The notes under the pieces: generated by a model
What the model saw: the letters and a program-made list of their open reading frames with translations, nothing else
Told to the model about the DNA's origin: nothing
The model's database searches: none
Source: a virus
DNA length: 64,000 nt
Reading direction: 5' to 3' (one strand)
Virus record (IMG/VR): IMGVR_UViG_3300027740_000040
Coordinates: 8,139 to 72,138 of that record
Part shown: piece by piece, positions 52,467 to 61,810 of the stretch
How positions within the stretch are numbered: the stretch's first letter is position 1
How the letters are laid out: each line of letters starts with the position of its first letter
Program-made: the position numbers and the translations under genes

Positions 52467-52765
52467 GTCCTCACCTCCACCTTCCCAACCCGTCGCACGC
52501 ATCGCGCCAGCGCCGCCAGGACGCCGTTGAACGTGGCGATCCGCCCCGCCTTCAGGTCAGCCCACGCATCCATCCCGGACTCGACGTGAAGCGTGGCCGA
52601 CCACTTGCTGTCGTGGTCGAGCCATGCCTCGAGCCTGTCAAGTCCGCGCTCCCAAACGGCTCGGTACAGCTCCCCGTCTGCGGCGGTTTCAGACTCCACG
52701 TTCCGCCACTTGCGGCCCAGCCACTTGAGAGTTGTCGGTGTCGGTTCTCGGTTGGTCTTCGTCAT
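52463..52765 (-). CDS. hypothetical protein, paralogue of 54163-54483
   Basis: PTTLKWLGRKW vs PKTVTFAGHRW; both end ...RVG. Confidence 0.65.
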   Translation of the reverse strand: MTKTNREPTPTTLKWLGRKWRNVESETAADGELYRAVWERGLDRLEAWLDHDSKWSATLHVESGMDAWADLKAGRIATFNGVLAALARCVRRVGKVEVRT

Positions 52766-52784
52766 GGCTCTCCTCCCATTCTCC

Positions 52785-53192
52785 TCAGTGCCCACGGCCC
52801 CCCCTGTCTCCGATGTCATAGCCCGCCGTGCCCCCCGGCTGCCCCTCAGACGCCGTTTCGCTCCCGGACGTGGCAGCGGGCGTGCCGGGAGCCTCCGAGC
52901 GCTCAGGCGGGCAGGGAGGCGGGACGGCGGTGGCACGCGGTTCGTAGTCGGCGCAGAACCAGTCGGAAGGGTTCACCTCGTGCCTAGGGTTGCAGTAGCT
53001 CCGATCGGAGCCGCAATAGGGGACCGAGTGCTCGCACTCCGCGCACCTGACCCGCGGCACGTACTCGACGATCGTGTCTCCCGGATACGCGCTACGCTTG
53101 GCCTGCTCGCGTGTGTCGAATGCCCCCGGCTGCGAGTCATCCTCCACGTCGATCGTGTCCCGCATCACCACCACGAACAGCGAGCGGGTCAT
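52785..53192 (-). CDS. Cys-rich hypothetical protein
   Basis: RCAECEH...C...DWFCADYE. Confidence 0.6.
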   Translation of the reverse strand: MTRSLFVVVMRDTIDVEDDSQPGAFDTREQAKRSAYPGDTIVEYVPRVRCAECEHSVPYCGSDRSYCNPRHEVNPSDWFCADYEPRATAVPPPCPPERSEAPGTPAATSGSETASEGQPGGTAGYDIGDRGGRGH

Positions 53193-53524
53193 AGCGCCTC
53201 CGGTGGTTCAGGTAGTGGCTGCCAGTGGGTGATGCCTAGATCGCGTCCGAGCGCGTCCAGCAATCTCTCTCCAGACCTGAACGCCTCGCCTACCCACGGA
53301 TTTCCGTGGCACGGAGCGTATCCGATGACCACATCTCCACGTTCCGGCAGCCTCTCCCCCACCGGTATCCACCGCGGCGGCAGAACGTACTCGACCACGC
53401 GGTGCCCATGGCTCTCGAACACCGCGACGTCCTGCGGGTGATAGGGCTCGGTCGCGTGGCGGCGAACGAGGTCCGGCACACCATCGTGATCGACCACAAC
53501 CCAGACGCGAGGCGGGGCGGTCAC
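53189..53524 (-). CDS. DUF551-domain protein
   Basis: RWIPVGERLPE...ITHWQPLPEPP. Confidence 0.8.
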   Translation of the reverse strand: MTAPPRVWVVVDHDGVPDLVRRHATEPYHPQDVAVFESHGHRVVEYVLPPRWIPVGERLPERGDVVIGYAPCHGNPWVGEAFRSGERLLDALGRDLGITHWQPLPEPPEAL

Positions 53525-53748
53525 AGCAGATCCTTCTCCGACATGCGCCGGCATAGTTCCACCACGTCGCGCCCGTAGCAGACAGAATTCCATACATCGT
53601 CATCCTCGCATGATGGAGGGTGCATCTCTGCCCACACGCTACCTGGCACGATCACGATTCGTCGACGCTCGTGCGGAGACGCCAACTCGCCGCGGGTCCA
53701 CTGATGAAGCGCGTCAATACACGCGCCGCGTTCTTCGACTGAACTCAT
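53521..53748 (-). CDS. small hypothetical protein
   Basis: ATGA overlap. Confidence 0.55.
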   Translation of the reverse strand: MSSVEERGACIDALHQWTRGELASPHERRRIVIVPGSVWAEMHPPSCEDDDVWNSVCYGRDVVELCRRMSEKDLL

Positions 53749-53948
53749 GGGGTCACCTCCGGATCGCTCACACTCATCAGCCGCTTCCACTCACCGGCCG
53801 CGAATGCGATCACGACGTCGTCACCGAGCAAGGTCGAACTCCCGGTGTCGTTGGTGAACACGAGCGCGCCGTTGTGCAGCGTGCAGCTCTCGGCAGTCAC
53901 CTCCTCCCACAACTCCGTTGTCAGCACTGCCCAGGTTTGCTTCTTCAC
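53745..53948 (-). CDS. small beta-rich protein
   Basis: VTAE.C...NGALVF...-AFAAGEW motif. Confidence 0.65.
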   Translation of the reverse strand: MKKQTWAVLTTELWEEVTAESCTLHNGALVFTNDTGSSTLLGDDVVIAFAAGEWKRLMSVSDPEVTP

Positions 53949-54166
53949 GGCTCAACCTCCCTGACCACCAACCCGCTAGGTCGCTCGCACACTACCAGTC
54001 GCTTTCCACCCTGACCCCACGCATATGAGGCCCGGTCGGTACCGCATGATCGCTGGTCCGCAATGGTTGGCTCGCTCCATGATCTGGAAATGGCTCCTCC
54101 GATCCCCATGCCGATGATCGCGGACAATGCGCTAACAGCGATTGCTACCAATACATCGCCCATCAT
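53945..54166 (-). CDS. small membrane protein
   Basis: N-terminal TM helix. Confidence 0.6.
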   Translation of the reverse strand: MMGDVLVAIAVSALSAIIGMGIGGAISRSWSEPTIADQRSCGTDRASYAWGQGGKRLVVCERPSGLVVREVEP

Positions 54167-54483
54167 CCGACCCTCCCGCACGCATCGCCGATCAGCCGCT
54201 CGAGTGCCAGGAGGGATTCCGCTTGGCTGGCGCAGTGATCGACCGAGGCCTCGAACCCAGGTTCGTGCCCGTCTCCGAGTCTCACGTCGTTCTGCAGCTT
54301 CGCTCTGAAGTCGTGCGGGCCATCCTCGTCCTCGTCGTTGGTGACCTCCAACTCCCAGCCATTCCGGACGTAGACCTCCCGCCACGAGGAGGCGTCCGTG
54401 CGCTTCCAGCGGTGGCCGGCGAACGTGACGGTCTTGGGTGCGGTGAACTCGGTCGTCTTTGGTGCCTTGCGTTTCGTTGCCAT
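54163..54483 (-). CDS. hypothetical protein, paralogue of 52463-52765
   Basis: GAGGAGG RBS. Confidence 0.7.
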   Translation of the reverse strand: MATKRKAPKTTEFTAPKTVTFAGHRWKRTDASSWREVYVRNGWELEVTNDEDEDGPHDFRAKLQNDVRLGDGHEPGFEASVDHCASQAESLLALERLIGDACGRVG

Positions 54484-54493
54484 GTCGTCCTCC

Positions 54494-55471
54494 TCAGATC
54501 CGTTCCTTGCGCGTCAGGTATCCATCGCCGTGCATCTTGAGGATGACGCGGCCCATGTGCTCGACTCGCTCGTGTGTCGGCTTCACGACGAACCCCTCGC
54601 GCACATGCCCGGCGAGCGCGCTGGGTCCCTCCGACCATTCAGCGATTCGCTCCGGGTCCCATGGCCCTTGGTACAGGATCGGCACCCACGGCAGGCCGCA
54701 CGACGCGGCAGTCGCGCGCGCCGGCTCGTCGTCGAGGTAGCGCCCGGTCGTGCCGTCGAACACGTCGAAGATTCGGAGGTCGACGCCCGCGATGCCGTAG
54801 TGGAGATCCTGGACCTTGCCGAACACCTCGCCGAAGAACACGCGCTTCGGGAACCCGCGCAGCCGCTGCTCGATCTCGCACAGCCTCGCCACCGTCCACC
54901 ACGTGTTGTTGTCGTTATCGCGCTTGATCCGGTTGTGCGATCCGACCCAGAGCCGCTCGCCATCCCAGGCGTATCGCGCGTTGCAGCCGTGCAGCTTCTC
55001 GGTCACCAGCACGGGCTCCCCAGGTTGCAGCACGTTTCGATGCCGGCGCAGTGGCTCGATGTCCGTGTACGTCGGAAACAGCCAACCCTCGGGAGCCGCC
55101 TCGTCCTCGCCTCCACTGTGCACTCCGCCGCGCTGCGCCTCCGGATCCCAATGCGTGACCCCGAGCGCCTCCGTGACGTCATCGCCCTCCTGTGTGCCAT
55201 CGGGCGCCGGAACCAGCAGTCCCATCGAGAACACGCCACGGAGCCGCTTCGCCCTGATGCGCGGTCGATCCAGAAACGCGAACTCCGGGCGCGCGAGCTC
55301 GACCACCGAATCGACGGGCAGGTAGGCAGCGAGCGAACCAGGTTGCCAGTCGCCCAGCCGCACGCACACTGGATACCCGCCGTGCACCATCACGATCCCG
55401 AGCGCGTCCGCGTTGCCATGCGGCTCGATCGCTCCGATCCGAACTACCTCTACTCGTGCTTCGCTGCTCAT
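54494..55471 (-). CDS. RNA ligase (Rnl2-like, DRB0094 family)
   Basis: N-terminal I..HGNADAL module; TEKLHG (motif I), FGEVFG, LRIFDV, REGFVVKP, VILK. Confidence 0.88.
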   Translation of the reverse strand: MSSEARVEVVRIGAIEPHGNADALGIVMVHGGYPVCVRLGDWQPGSLAAYLPVDSVVELARPEFAFLDRPRIRAKRLRGVFSMGLLVPAPDGTQEGDDVTEALGVTHWDPEAQRGGVHSGGEDEAAPEGWLFPTYTDIEPLRRHRNVLQPGEPVLVTEKLHGCNARYAWDGERLWVGSHNRIKRDNDNNTWWTVARLCEIEQRLRGFPKRVFFGEVFGKVQDLHYGIAGVDLRIFDVFDGTTGRYLDDEPARATAASCGLPWVPILYQGPWDPERIAEWSEGPSALAGHVREGFVVKPTHERVEHMGRVILKMHGDGYLTRKERI

Positions 55472-55485
55472 GTCCTATTCTCCTC

Positions 55486-56595
55486 TCACGCGGGCGGTAA
55501 CCCGCAGAAGCCGTCGTCGAATCCGTCGTGGTCGTCCCGCTCCGCCGTCTCGTTGAAGGGGCGCGGGGGAGGGGCGTCGTAGGTGGTGCGGGAGCCGGCG
55601 CGGAAGGGGACGCCCGGCTGCTCTGGCGAGTGGCGCGGATCCTCGACGTCCACGAAGCACGCGGCCTCGTCGTCCCAGTGGAGCGGAACGAAACCGGTGT
55701 GACCCCTCTTCACCTTGTCCAAAAGCAACGCCCGCTCACCAGCGCGCACCTTGACATTGCCCTTGCTGTCCAGGATGTCCGCCTGCACGATCCCAAGCAT
55801 GGCCACGACCTCGGCGGCGTTGACGAGATCCTTGCAGTCGCGGATCTGGTTGCGCCGCGGGAACTTGTCCGGGTTCTTCTCGTCGGTCGTGATCTGGCTC
55901 AGTATGATCAGGCACCGCTTGCGGCTCTTCACTGCCTGCCTGAGCAGGCGCCCCATCTTCCGGAGTTCGTTGCGCCGGTCCTCGCTCAGCTTCTCTGAGT
56001 CCGCCTCGCCGATGTAGTCCAGCACCACGAGCCCGATCGACGGAAGCGCGTCGAGCATCGTAGCCACGCTCTTCGCCACCCATTCGCCAGACTGACCGAT
56101 CGCATCCAGGAAGATCGGCTTGTGGTCCGCCGCCGCCGCAACGTCCGTCATGATTTGGATCTCGTCCCGCGTCAGTTCGTTGAGGCGCAGGTGGTCCGCG
56201 TTGATCTTCTCGTGGTGGCTTCGGCGGGCACGGCGCAACAGCAACCGATCGGCGTAGAGCTCCTCGGCATCCTCTAGCGATACGATGATGGCGTCCGATC
56301 CGTTGCGCTGGAACTGGTCCACGAACGCCGTCGCCAACGTGCTCTTGCCCTTTCCGGTGTCGGCTCCAATCAACCACGAGCTCGTCGGATAGAATCCACC
56401 GGTGTTCCGGTCGATCTCGTAGTGTCCTGTCGGGACGATCACCCGCCGCTGCGGATTCAGGGCGCGGTTCATGGCGCCGACGATCAGGTCCTTCGTCGTC
56501 CGCAGCACCGGAGCGTCGACCACGAGCTTCGCGTCTTCGCGCGGGTCGGTAGGGAGTTCACCGAGGACCGCTCGATCGGTGTCGTCTCTCGTCAC
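55486..56595 (-). CDS. dnaB: DnaB-like replicative helicase
   Basis: GADTGKGKST Walker A; VVLDYI; ILSQI; LDKVKRG. Confidence 0.85.
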   Translation of the reverse strand: MTRDDTDRAVLGELPTDPREDAKLVVDAPVLRTTKDLIVGAMNRALNPQRRVIVPTGHYEIDRNTGGFYPTSSWLIGADTGKGKSTLATAFVDQFQRNGSDAIIVSLEDAEELYADRLLLRRARRSHHEKINADHLRLNELTRDEIQIMTDVAAAADHKPIFLDAIGQSGEWVAKSVATMLDALPSIGLVVLDYIGEADSEKLSEDRRNELRKMGRLLRQAVKSRKRCLIILSQITTDEKNPDKFPRRNQIRDCKDLVNAAEVVAMLGIVQADILDSKGNVKVRAGERALLLDKVKRGHTGFVPLHWDDEAACFVDVEDPRHSPEQPGVPFRAGSRTTYDAPPPRPFNETAERDDHDGFDDGFCGLPPA

Positions 56596-57623
56596 GCTGC
56601 CACCCTCCATGCCCGGACGCGCCCGCGCATCGTCTCGAGAATCTGCTTCGCGTAGTCGTCCCCTGCCTTGTCGTTATCGGTACGGATCACTACCTCGCTC
56701 CCGAACGCGATCCGGTCCGCGAACGCCTGCGTCCACGACCCGCTCGTGATCCCGATCACCGGATACTGACCGCGCACCGCGTGCACACAGAGATCGGGTT
56801 CGCCCTCGCTCACCACGAGCAGGCACGGGTACGGCGCCCGCAACATCTCGACCGCCTGCGAGTTCGCCCACACGAGCCCGGCCGACAGGTACCCGGCCGG
56901 CGGCAGCCGCTTCGGCGTTTCCTTGTCGCCGTTGACGCGCCACGCTCGGACGCCGCGGAACTGACCGGAGGAATCCCAGGTCCGAATCAGGATCCGGTGC
57001 CCCGTCTCCAACCACGACCTCCTGACCGCGTCCTCTCCTGGCCCCTTGCGGCCCGCCCACCACGGGAGCGGCTGCCCTGGTCGCAGCGCCCGCAGAAGGT
57101 CGCGAGAGGCGGCCTCAGACGGCGGGATAGCCCTGCTCTCGAGGTAGGCAGCGATCTCCTGATCCTCGTCCACGCGCCCGGCGCCATTCCAAATCGCTTC
57201 GACCTGGTCGATGGGTGCCGGTTGCTTGTCCGTCTTCGGCTGCGCGGCGAGTCGCGCTCGGTGGGCTTCCAGGTAGGCGTTGCGAGCCGCTTCGCGCTCC
57301 AACTGGTCGGCCACGGATTCGTCGTCTCGGCCGAGTTCGACCCCCGCGATGTCCGCCGCCTCTCGCAGTGCCTCCGGGAACGAGCACCCGCGGAGTTGCC
57401 GGATCATGGCGATGGCGTCTCCGGATCCGCAGTGGCTCGCGCAGTAGAACGCTAGGCGCCCGTCATGCTCGTCCAGCGTGAGGTTCTCGTCCTTGCCACC
57501 ATGCATCGGGCACTTCTCGCGGTGCCGCTTGCTGCGGTACGGGACCCCGAGCGCCGGTGCCACGACGGACCATCCCCGCTCAAGTAGGGCGGCCTGGACC
57601 AATTCGACGTCGTCGTGGTTCAT
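56592..57623 (-). CDS. DNA primase (CHC2 zinc-binding plus TOPRIM)
   Basis: CPMH...FYCASHCGSGDAI; EGEPD; TDNDKAG. Confidence 0.85.
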   Translation of the reverse strand: MNHDDVELVQAALLERGWSVVAPALGVPYRSKRHREKCPMHGGKDENLTLDEHDGRLAFYCASHCGSGDAIAMIRQLRGCSFPEALREAADIAGVELGRDDESVADQLEREAARNAYLEAHRARLAAQPKTDKQPAPIDQVEAIWNGAGRVDEDQEIAAYLESRAIPPSEAASRDLLRALRPGQPLPWWAGRKGPGEDAVRRSWLETGHRILIRTWDSSGQFRGVRAWRVNGDKETPKRLPPAGYLSAGLVWANSQAVEMLRAPYPCLLVVSEGEPDLCVHAVRGQYPVIGITSGSWTQAFADRIAFGSEVVIRTDNDKAGDDYAKQILETMRGRVRAWRVAA

Positions 57624-57907
57624 GCTCGATGTCCCCAGATGTCCTCGGCCACGAAGCACGACACGCACCGTTCGGCGCGCGGCGTCGGAGTGATCGGCTC
57701 TACCTCGAACGACGGAGTCAGTGGCTCGTCATCCCAGACGACGCACCGCGGGTCCCCATCCTCGGTGCGCCGAAGGTGCGGGCACGACTCGCTGCAGATC
57801 GCTGACCACTCGGAATCGGCAACGGCCGGAGCGAGCTTCATCGCGTAGACGGGCGGGTCAATCGGCTCGGCGTCAAGGATCTCGTGCGGCAGCAACGGCT
57901 CGTTCAC
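57620..57907 (-). CDS. Cys-containing hypothetical protein
   Basis: Overlap-coupled within the replication operon. Confidence 0.6.
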   Translation of the reverse strand: MNEPLLPHEILDAEPIDPPVYAMKLAPAVADSEWSAICSESCPHLRRTEDGDPRCVVWDDEPLTPSFEVEPITPTPRAERCVSCFVAEDIWGHRA

Positions 57908-58167
57908 AGGACCCCCTCTCGGCGCAGGTCAGCAAACTCGTCCTCGACCGGAGCCACTTTCACGCCAGCGGCCGCGTAGATCTCGGCGACGCTGGGGGCG
58001 AATCGGTTGGCGCGGATCAGCCGTTTGATCGCTGCTTCAAGATCGGCAGCTGGGATGTCTTCGACCATCTGTCCCCACCGCTCGACCATGTCGGCGTCGA
58101 AACGCTCGAAGGTCTTCGGGTAGGCAATCGACAGATCCAGAAATGCTCGATTCGTGTGCGCCTTCAT
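57904..58167 (-). CDS. helicase loader/inhibitor G39P-like protein
   Basis: W...-EDIP...AI..LIR.NRFAPSVAEI. Confidence 0.65.
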   Translation of the reverse strand: MKAHTNRAFLDLSIAYPKTFERFDADMVERWGQMVEDIPAADLEAAIKRLIRANRFAPSVAEIYAAAGVKVAPVEDEFADLRREGVL

Positions 58168-59075
58168 GGGTCAATCCTCACTGAGCGGGCGGCGGCGGCG
58201 CCGCGTGGTACGTCGGGAGATTTCGACACGGATGATCGGGGGCCGTCCGCGCTCGCCAGCCACTTGTCGACCTTGCCCTCAGATCCCATCAGGTTGTCGA
58301 AGTCTCCGTAGAACTTGCCAGCGTCGTTCTTAGACCGAACGTGGAACTCGCTCTTCGATGCCCGGTCGATCACCTCGCACAAGTCGGCGACGGAATATGA
58401 CCGCAGACGAGCGCGGATGATTCGAGTTCGATCGTCCGAGAACTTCGGCTCTCGCTTGCTGGCCTGCGACCACAGTACCTTGCGCCAGTGGTTGAACACC
58501 TGCCGCACCTGGTCCGGCGGGGGTGGGTCGTCAGGTACGAGCGCCAGTTGCTCGGCCGGAGGGTCCGATTCTCTGGATCCAGACCTGTCAGGTTGATCCT
58601 GATCTGTAGGATCAGAACTAAGACCAGACCGACCAGACCGACCAGGTGACGGCGGTGACGCTTGTGCGTCACGTGCGTCACTGTTTTCACCATTCTCGAT
58701 CAGTCGCTTAGCTCGGTCTAACTCCCTAGTTTTCCTCATCCTTTTGGCTGATTCTGACTCCTGGGCTTTCTCGAAGTTACGTATCGTAAGCCAACCTCCG
58801 GACATGGAAAGAAACCCGTCGGCCAACAGAACTTCCACCCCGGTTTCCAGAAAGTTCCTGTCCGACTCGTGGGCCCGAACGTGGAACATCAGGTCACCCA
58901 CCAGTGACGGGTGTTCGTCACGTGCGTAACTCCACGGGATGATCCGACCCTTCCGATCGCACCTGCGACCCAGCTCCGCGGCAAGCGAACGCACCGTGAA
59001 CGGAAGGCGCTCGAATGCTGGAGGCAACTGAGTGAACAGCTTGCGGAAGTCTCCCCAGTCGCGATCGTCGCTCAC
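58164..59075 (-). CDS. phage replication initiator (O-like)
   Basis: N-terminal wHTH-like region, low-complexity linker with repeats, C-terminal VF.HW...I.ARL..YS..DL...ID domain. Confidence 0.75.
   Translation of the reverse strand: MSDDRDWGDFRKLFTQLPPAFERLPFTVRSLAAELGRRCDRKGRIIPWSYARDEHPSLVGDLMFHVRAHESDRNFLETGVEVLLADGFLSMSGGWLTIRNFEKAQESESAKRMRKTRELDRAKRLIENGENSDARDAQASPPSPGRSGRSGLSSDPTDQDQPDRSGSRESDPPAEQLALVPDDPPPPDQVRQVFNHWRKVLWSQASKREPKFSDDRTRIIRARLRSYSVADLCEVIDRASKSEFHVRSKNDAGKFYGDFDNLMGSEGKVDKWLASADGPRSSVSKSPDVPRGAAAARSVRIDP
58600..58690. repeat. candidate replication origin iterons within the initiator gene
   Basis: GACCAGACC x2.7 (58622-58645); GTGACG-N3-GTGACG-N6-CGTCAC-N3-CGTCAC (58646-58681). 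Confidence 0.55.
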
Positions 59076-59614
59076 TGGGAGAGCCCTTCCTCTACTCCAG
59101 TCACTGGCTCGGGTAGTTCAGGAACCGACGATTCCGAACCCTTCTCGCACCCGGCAAGAAACGCCTTGTACTCAGCCTCATGAGCAACCGAATCGACAGC
59201 CTCCCACATAGCTTCGAGCGTCCGCACAATGCGGACAGCAGTTCGAAAGCACTCCGCAGGGTCCGCGTAGACTTGGGAACCGGTGAAACGGATTACCGGG
59301 ATCCCGATCCCGAGCAGCGAAATGTCACGAGCCCGGTCCGCACCGGCCTGCTCCTTCGTGCGCTCGTGCCACTCGTGCCCGTCGATCTCCACCGCCAGCC
59401 TCTCCGCCGGGCTCTCGCACCGCTCGAAGGCGTACTCACCCTCGCCCGGCGTCCAGGTGGCGGCGATCTCGGCGACCTCCTCAGCCTGCTTCTCGTCGAG
59501 GTGGAGGGCCCAGGATAGGTGGGCGGCTAGGCCAGAATACCCTGGTTGTGCGGCCTGCTCACCCGTTCCGGTTGCGCCCTGGGTGTGCTCGGTCGTATCT
59601 TCTGATTGCTTCAT
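59072..59614 (-). CDS. DUF559/Vsr-like endonuclease, apparently internally deleted
   Basis: AVEIDGHEWHERTKEQ...DRARD..L...VIRFTGSQV; segment between CESPAE and AVEIDG is missing. Confidence 0.65.
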   Translation of the reverse strand: MKQSEDTTEHTQGATGTGEQAAQPGYSGLAAHLSWALHLDEKQAEEVAEIAATWTPGEGEYAFERCESPAERLAVEIDGHEWHERTKEQAGADRARDISLLGIGIPVIRFTGSQVYADPAECFRTAVRIVRTLEAMWEAVDSVAHEAEYKAFLAGCEKGSESSVPELPEPVTGVEEGLSQ

Positions 59615-59928
59615 CGGACCAATCCTCCGGTGAGGTCACGAGCCCGGGACGCTCCAACGTCGCCGGGCTCACCTGATTTGTCGGTTCGCCCCGACGCTAC
59701 ACCCGCCGCTCCCCCGGCGCCAGTCTGCGCGCACGCCGCCCCAATCCTCCCGACCCACTCCTCGGGAGGGATCCCCGACGCCCGGAGCACCACCTCGACG
59801 TCGAACACGACCCGGAACTTTTCCGGAAGCGAGCCGAGGACGCGATCGTCTCGGGGGTCGGCGGGGTCGCGCGAGAGGAGATTCACGCGGCGACCAGACG
59901 CCTCCACGGACCAGGATCGGTCAGCCAT
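59611..59928 (-). CDS. hypothetical protein
   Basis: ATGGCTGA overlap start. Confidence 0.55.
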   Translation of the reverse strand: MADRSWSVEASGRRVNLLSRDPADPRDDRVLGSLPEKFRVVFDVEVVLRASGIPPEEWVGRIGAACAQTGAGGAAGVASGRTDKSGEPGDVGASRARDLTGGLVR

Positions 59929-60373
59929 GGTGGGCACCCATCCTCTCGTGCTCGAACGTCAGCAGGCCCGCTTTGCGCGCTGCTGACAGGCAGTCCGGCG
60001 TCCCCGTCGAGTCCGGCATGGGGAACCCATGGCACTCCGCCGTGAACGCGGTTCCGATCCCGAGCTCTCGGGCGGCGAATCGAACCATTTCCCGGTTGCG
60101 CACGGGTCCCGCCCGTCTCCCGAGCCGCCGCCAATCCGCGCGGAACGGTACGACCTTGAAGCCGAGCTCGCGCCCGATGGCGTCCGCGAGCATGTCCACG
60201 GAACTCCCCTCCTCATAGGTAGGCGGGTCCGGACAGGCACCATGGAAGAGCACCAGACGCCGACCAGCGAAACGCTCAGAGAAGGCCAGTAGTAACTGGC
60301 GGATCTGCTCCGGGTTTCCACACCAATGCCGAGAGCCGGTGATGACGAAGATCGCGTCGCTGGGTCTACCCAC
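59921..60373 (-). CDS. YspA/SLOG-family (DUF2493-like) protein
   Basis: VITGSRHW...HGA...D.LA...ADW...G..AGPVRNREM...GT. Confidence 0.85.
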   Translation of the reverse strand: MGRPSDAIFVITGSRHWCGNPEQIRQLLLAFSERFAGRRLVLFHGACPDPPTYEEGSSVDMLADAIGRELGFKVVPFRADWRRLGRRAGPVRNREMVRFAARELGIGTAFTAECHGFPMPDSTGTPDCLSAARKAGLLTFEHERMGAHHG

Positions 60374-60869
60374 GGGCCACCTCCGGGAACTCGCGTGACC
60401 AGGAAGTTCCGCGCTGTATATGCCCGATCTGAGCGTGGCTGACGCCGTACTTAGCGGCTAGGGCGCGCTGTGAGACTTGCCCTCGGAGTTTTCTGATCTC
60501 GCTCACGTCTTCCGGCGCCAGCTTCGCTCGCGGGTTCAAGGCGCCAGCGAGTGACATCCTGCGTCCTTTCCGATCCATGTCGCGCATGTTGTCCAGGTGA
60601 GTCCCAACAAACAGGTGTTCCGGATTCACACAAGCCGGGTTGTCGCAACGGTGTAGGATGCAGGCGCCACGGTGGTCTGCCCCTTCAAGGCAGGGAATTT
60701 CTCCAAACGCCAGCTCGAACGCTACACGGTGCGCCAGTACAAGGCGTCCTGAATGCCAGAAATGCCCATATCCGGTACCTGTCTTTGCCCCTTTCCACTC
60801 GGCGCACCCTCCGGCAGCAATGCTGACGTTGGACCAGAAGCGAATCCTGTCTTTGGCGCTGTACTTCAT
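60366..60869 (-). CDS. HNH endonuclease (HNH_3-type with C-terminal HTH)
   Basis: C.EW.G...GYG.F...AHRVAFEL...LHRCDNPACVNPEHL..GT..DN. Confidence 0.9.
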   Translation of the reverse strand: MKYSAKDRIRFWSNVSIAAGGCAEWKGAKTGTGYGHFWHSGRLVLAHRVAFELAFGEIPCLEGADHRGACILHRCDNPACVNPEHLFVGTHLDNMRDMDRKGRRMSLAGALNPRAKLAPEDVSEIRKLRGQVSQRALAAKYGVSHAQIGHIQRGTSWSREFPEVARG

Positions 60870-61810
60870 GTAGGAAATTCCCTTCTACGCAGGTCCTCGG
60901 GCCATTCGGCGGGGTCGGCGCCGGCGCCCTTCAGATGTAGGTGACGGGTCAGCGTCTGCCTTCCGTCCGGGGTGTGGACGCGGCACCATCCTGCCGGCGG
61001 TGGGTTGCGTGCGGTATCGCCCATGACGCGCTCGAGATCGTTCGGGTCCAGATTGCGCGCAAGGCATTCAACCGACTCGAACGGGTGGCGGCCGAGTTGC
61101 TTGATGAAGCACGCGACTCCCGCGCTTCGGCACTGCGCCAGGATGCTACGGACCCAGTTGATCTCGACGGTGCGCGCACCGGGGCCCGACTCCGCCCCGA
61201 CGATGACCCAGTCGATCCGCGGAGTCCGGTTCAGCATCGGGTCGACCTCCTGAAACGGCTCGAGCCAGCCGCGCTCATACTGGAGCTCCACCTCCCCGAT
61301 CAGCGGCTCGCACGACAGGAAATGGACCGCCGACGGTACCTGTAGCAGCAGCGGGATCCGCTTGTTGGCCGACGGCTGGCACCCTGCCGATGTCCCCGCC
61401 CACACGTGCGACGGCCACCCGTCCGCCCACGACTCCGGGGCCATGCGCACCATGTTCTCCGGCCGCTTCGTGAGCAGCAGCCAGTCGAGATTCCGGCACC
61501 GCTCGATCAGAGAGAAGAGCTCAGCGCGCCACGGCTCGAGTTCGGAACGATCCTCGAAGACGTCGGCGAGCGACGCGCAGAACACCCGGCGGCGAACGCC
61601 ATCGCGCGCAGCCGCCGCATCCCACTTGATGGGCTCGCGCCAGTTGCTGGCCGACGTGCGGCGCCGCTCCTCCAGTGGACCCCACTCGACGCCGAAACGG
61701 TTCCCGTAGGTCTGCGCGTAGCAGTGCTCGCACTCGGGCGCGACCTTGGTGCAGCCAATGAATGGGTTGAACGTGTGGTCGCACCACGCGATTCCGGTTG
61801 TCTCACCCAT
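60866..61810 (-). CDS. phage Gp37/Gp68 (DUF5131) family protein
   Basis: T-I.WCD.TFNP..GCTKV.PECEHCYA...LLTKRP...FLSCEPL...DWVIVG-ESG. Confidence 0.9.
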   Translation of the reverse strand: MGETTGIAWCDHTFNPFIGCTKVAPECEHCYAQTYGNRFGVEWGPLEERRRTSASNWREPIKWDAAAARDGVRRRVFCASLADVFEDRSELEPWRAELFSLIERCRNLDWLLLTKRPENMVRMAPESWADGWPSHVWAGTSAGCQPSANKRIPLLLQVPSAVHFLSCEPLIGEVELQYERGWLEPFQEVDPMLNRTPRIDWVIVGAESGPGARTVEINWVRSILAQCRSAGVACFIKQLGRHPFESVECLARNLDPNDLERVMGDTARNPPPAGWCRVHTPDGRQTLTRHLHLKGAGADPAEWPEDLRRREFPT

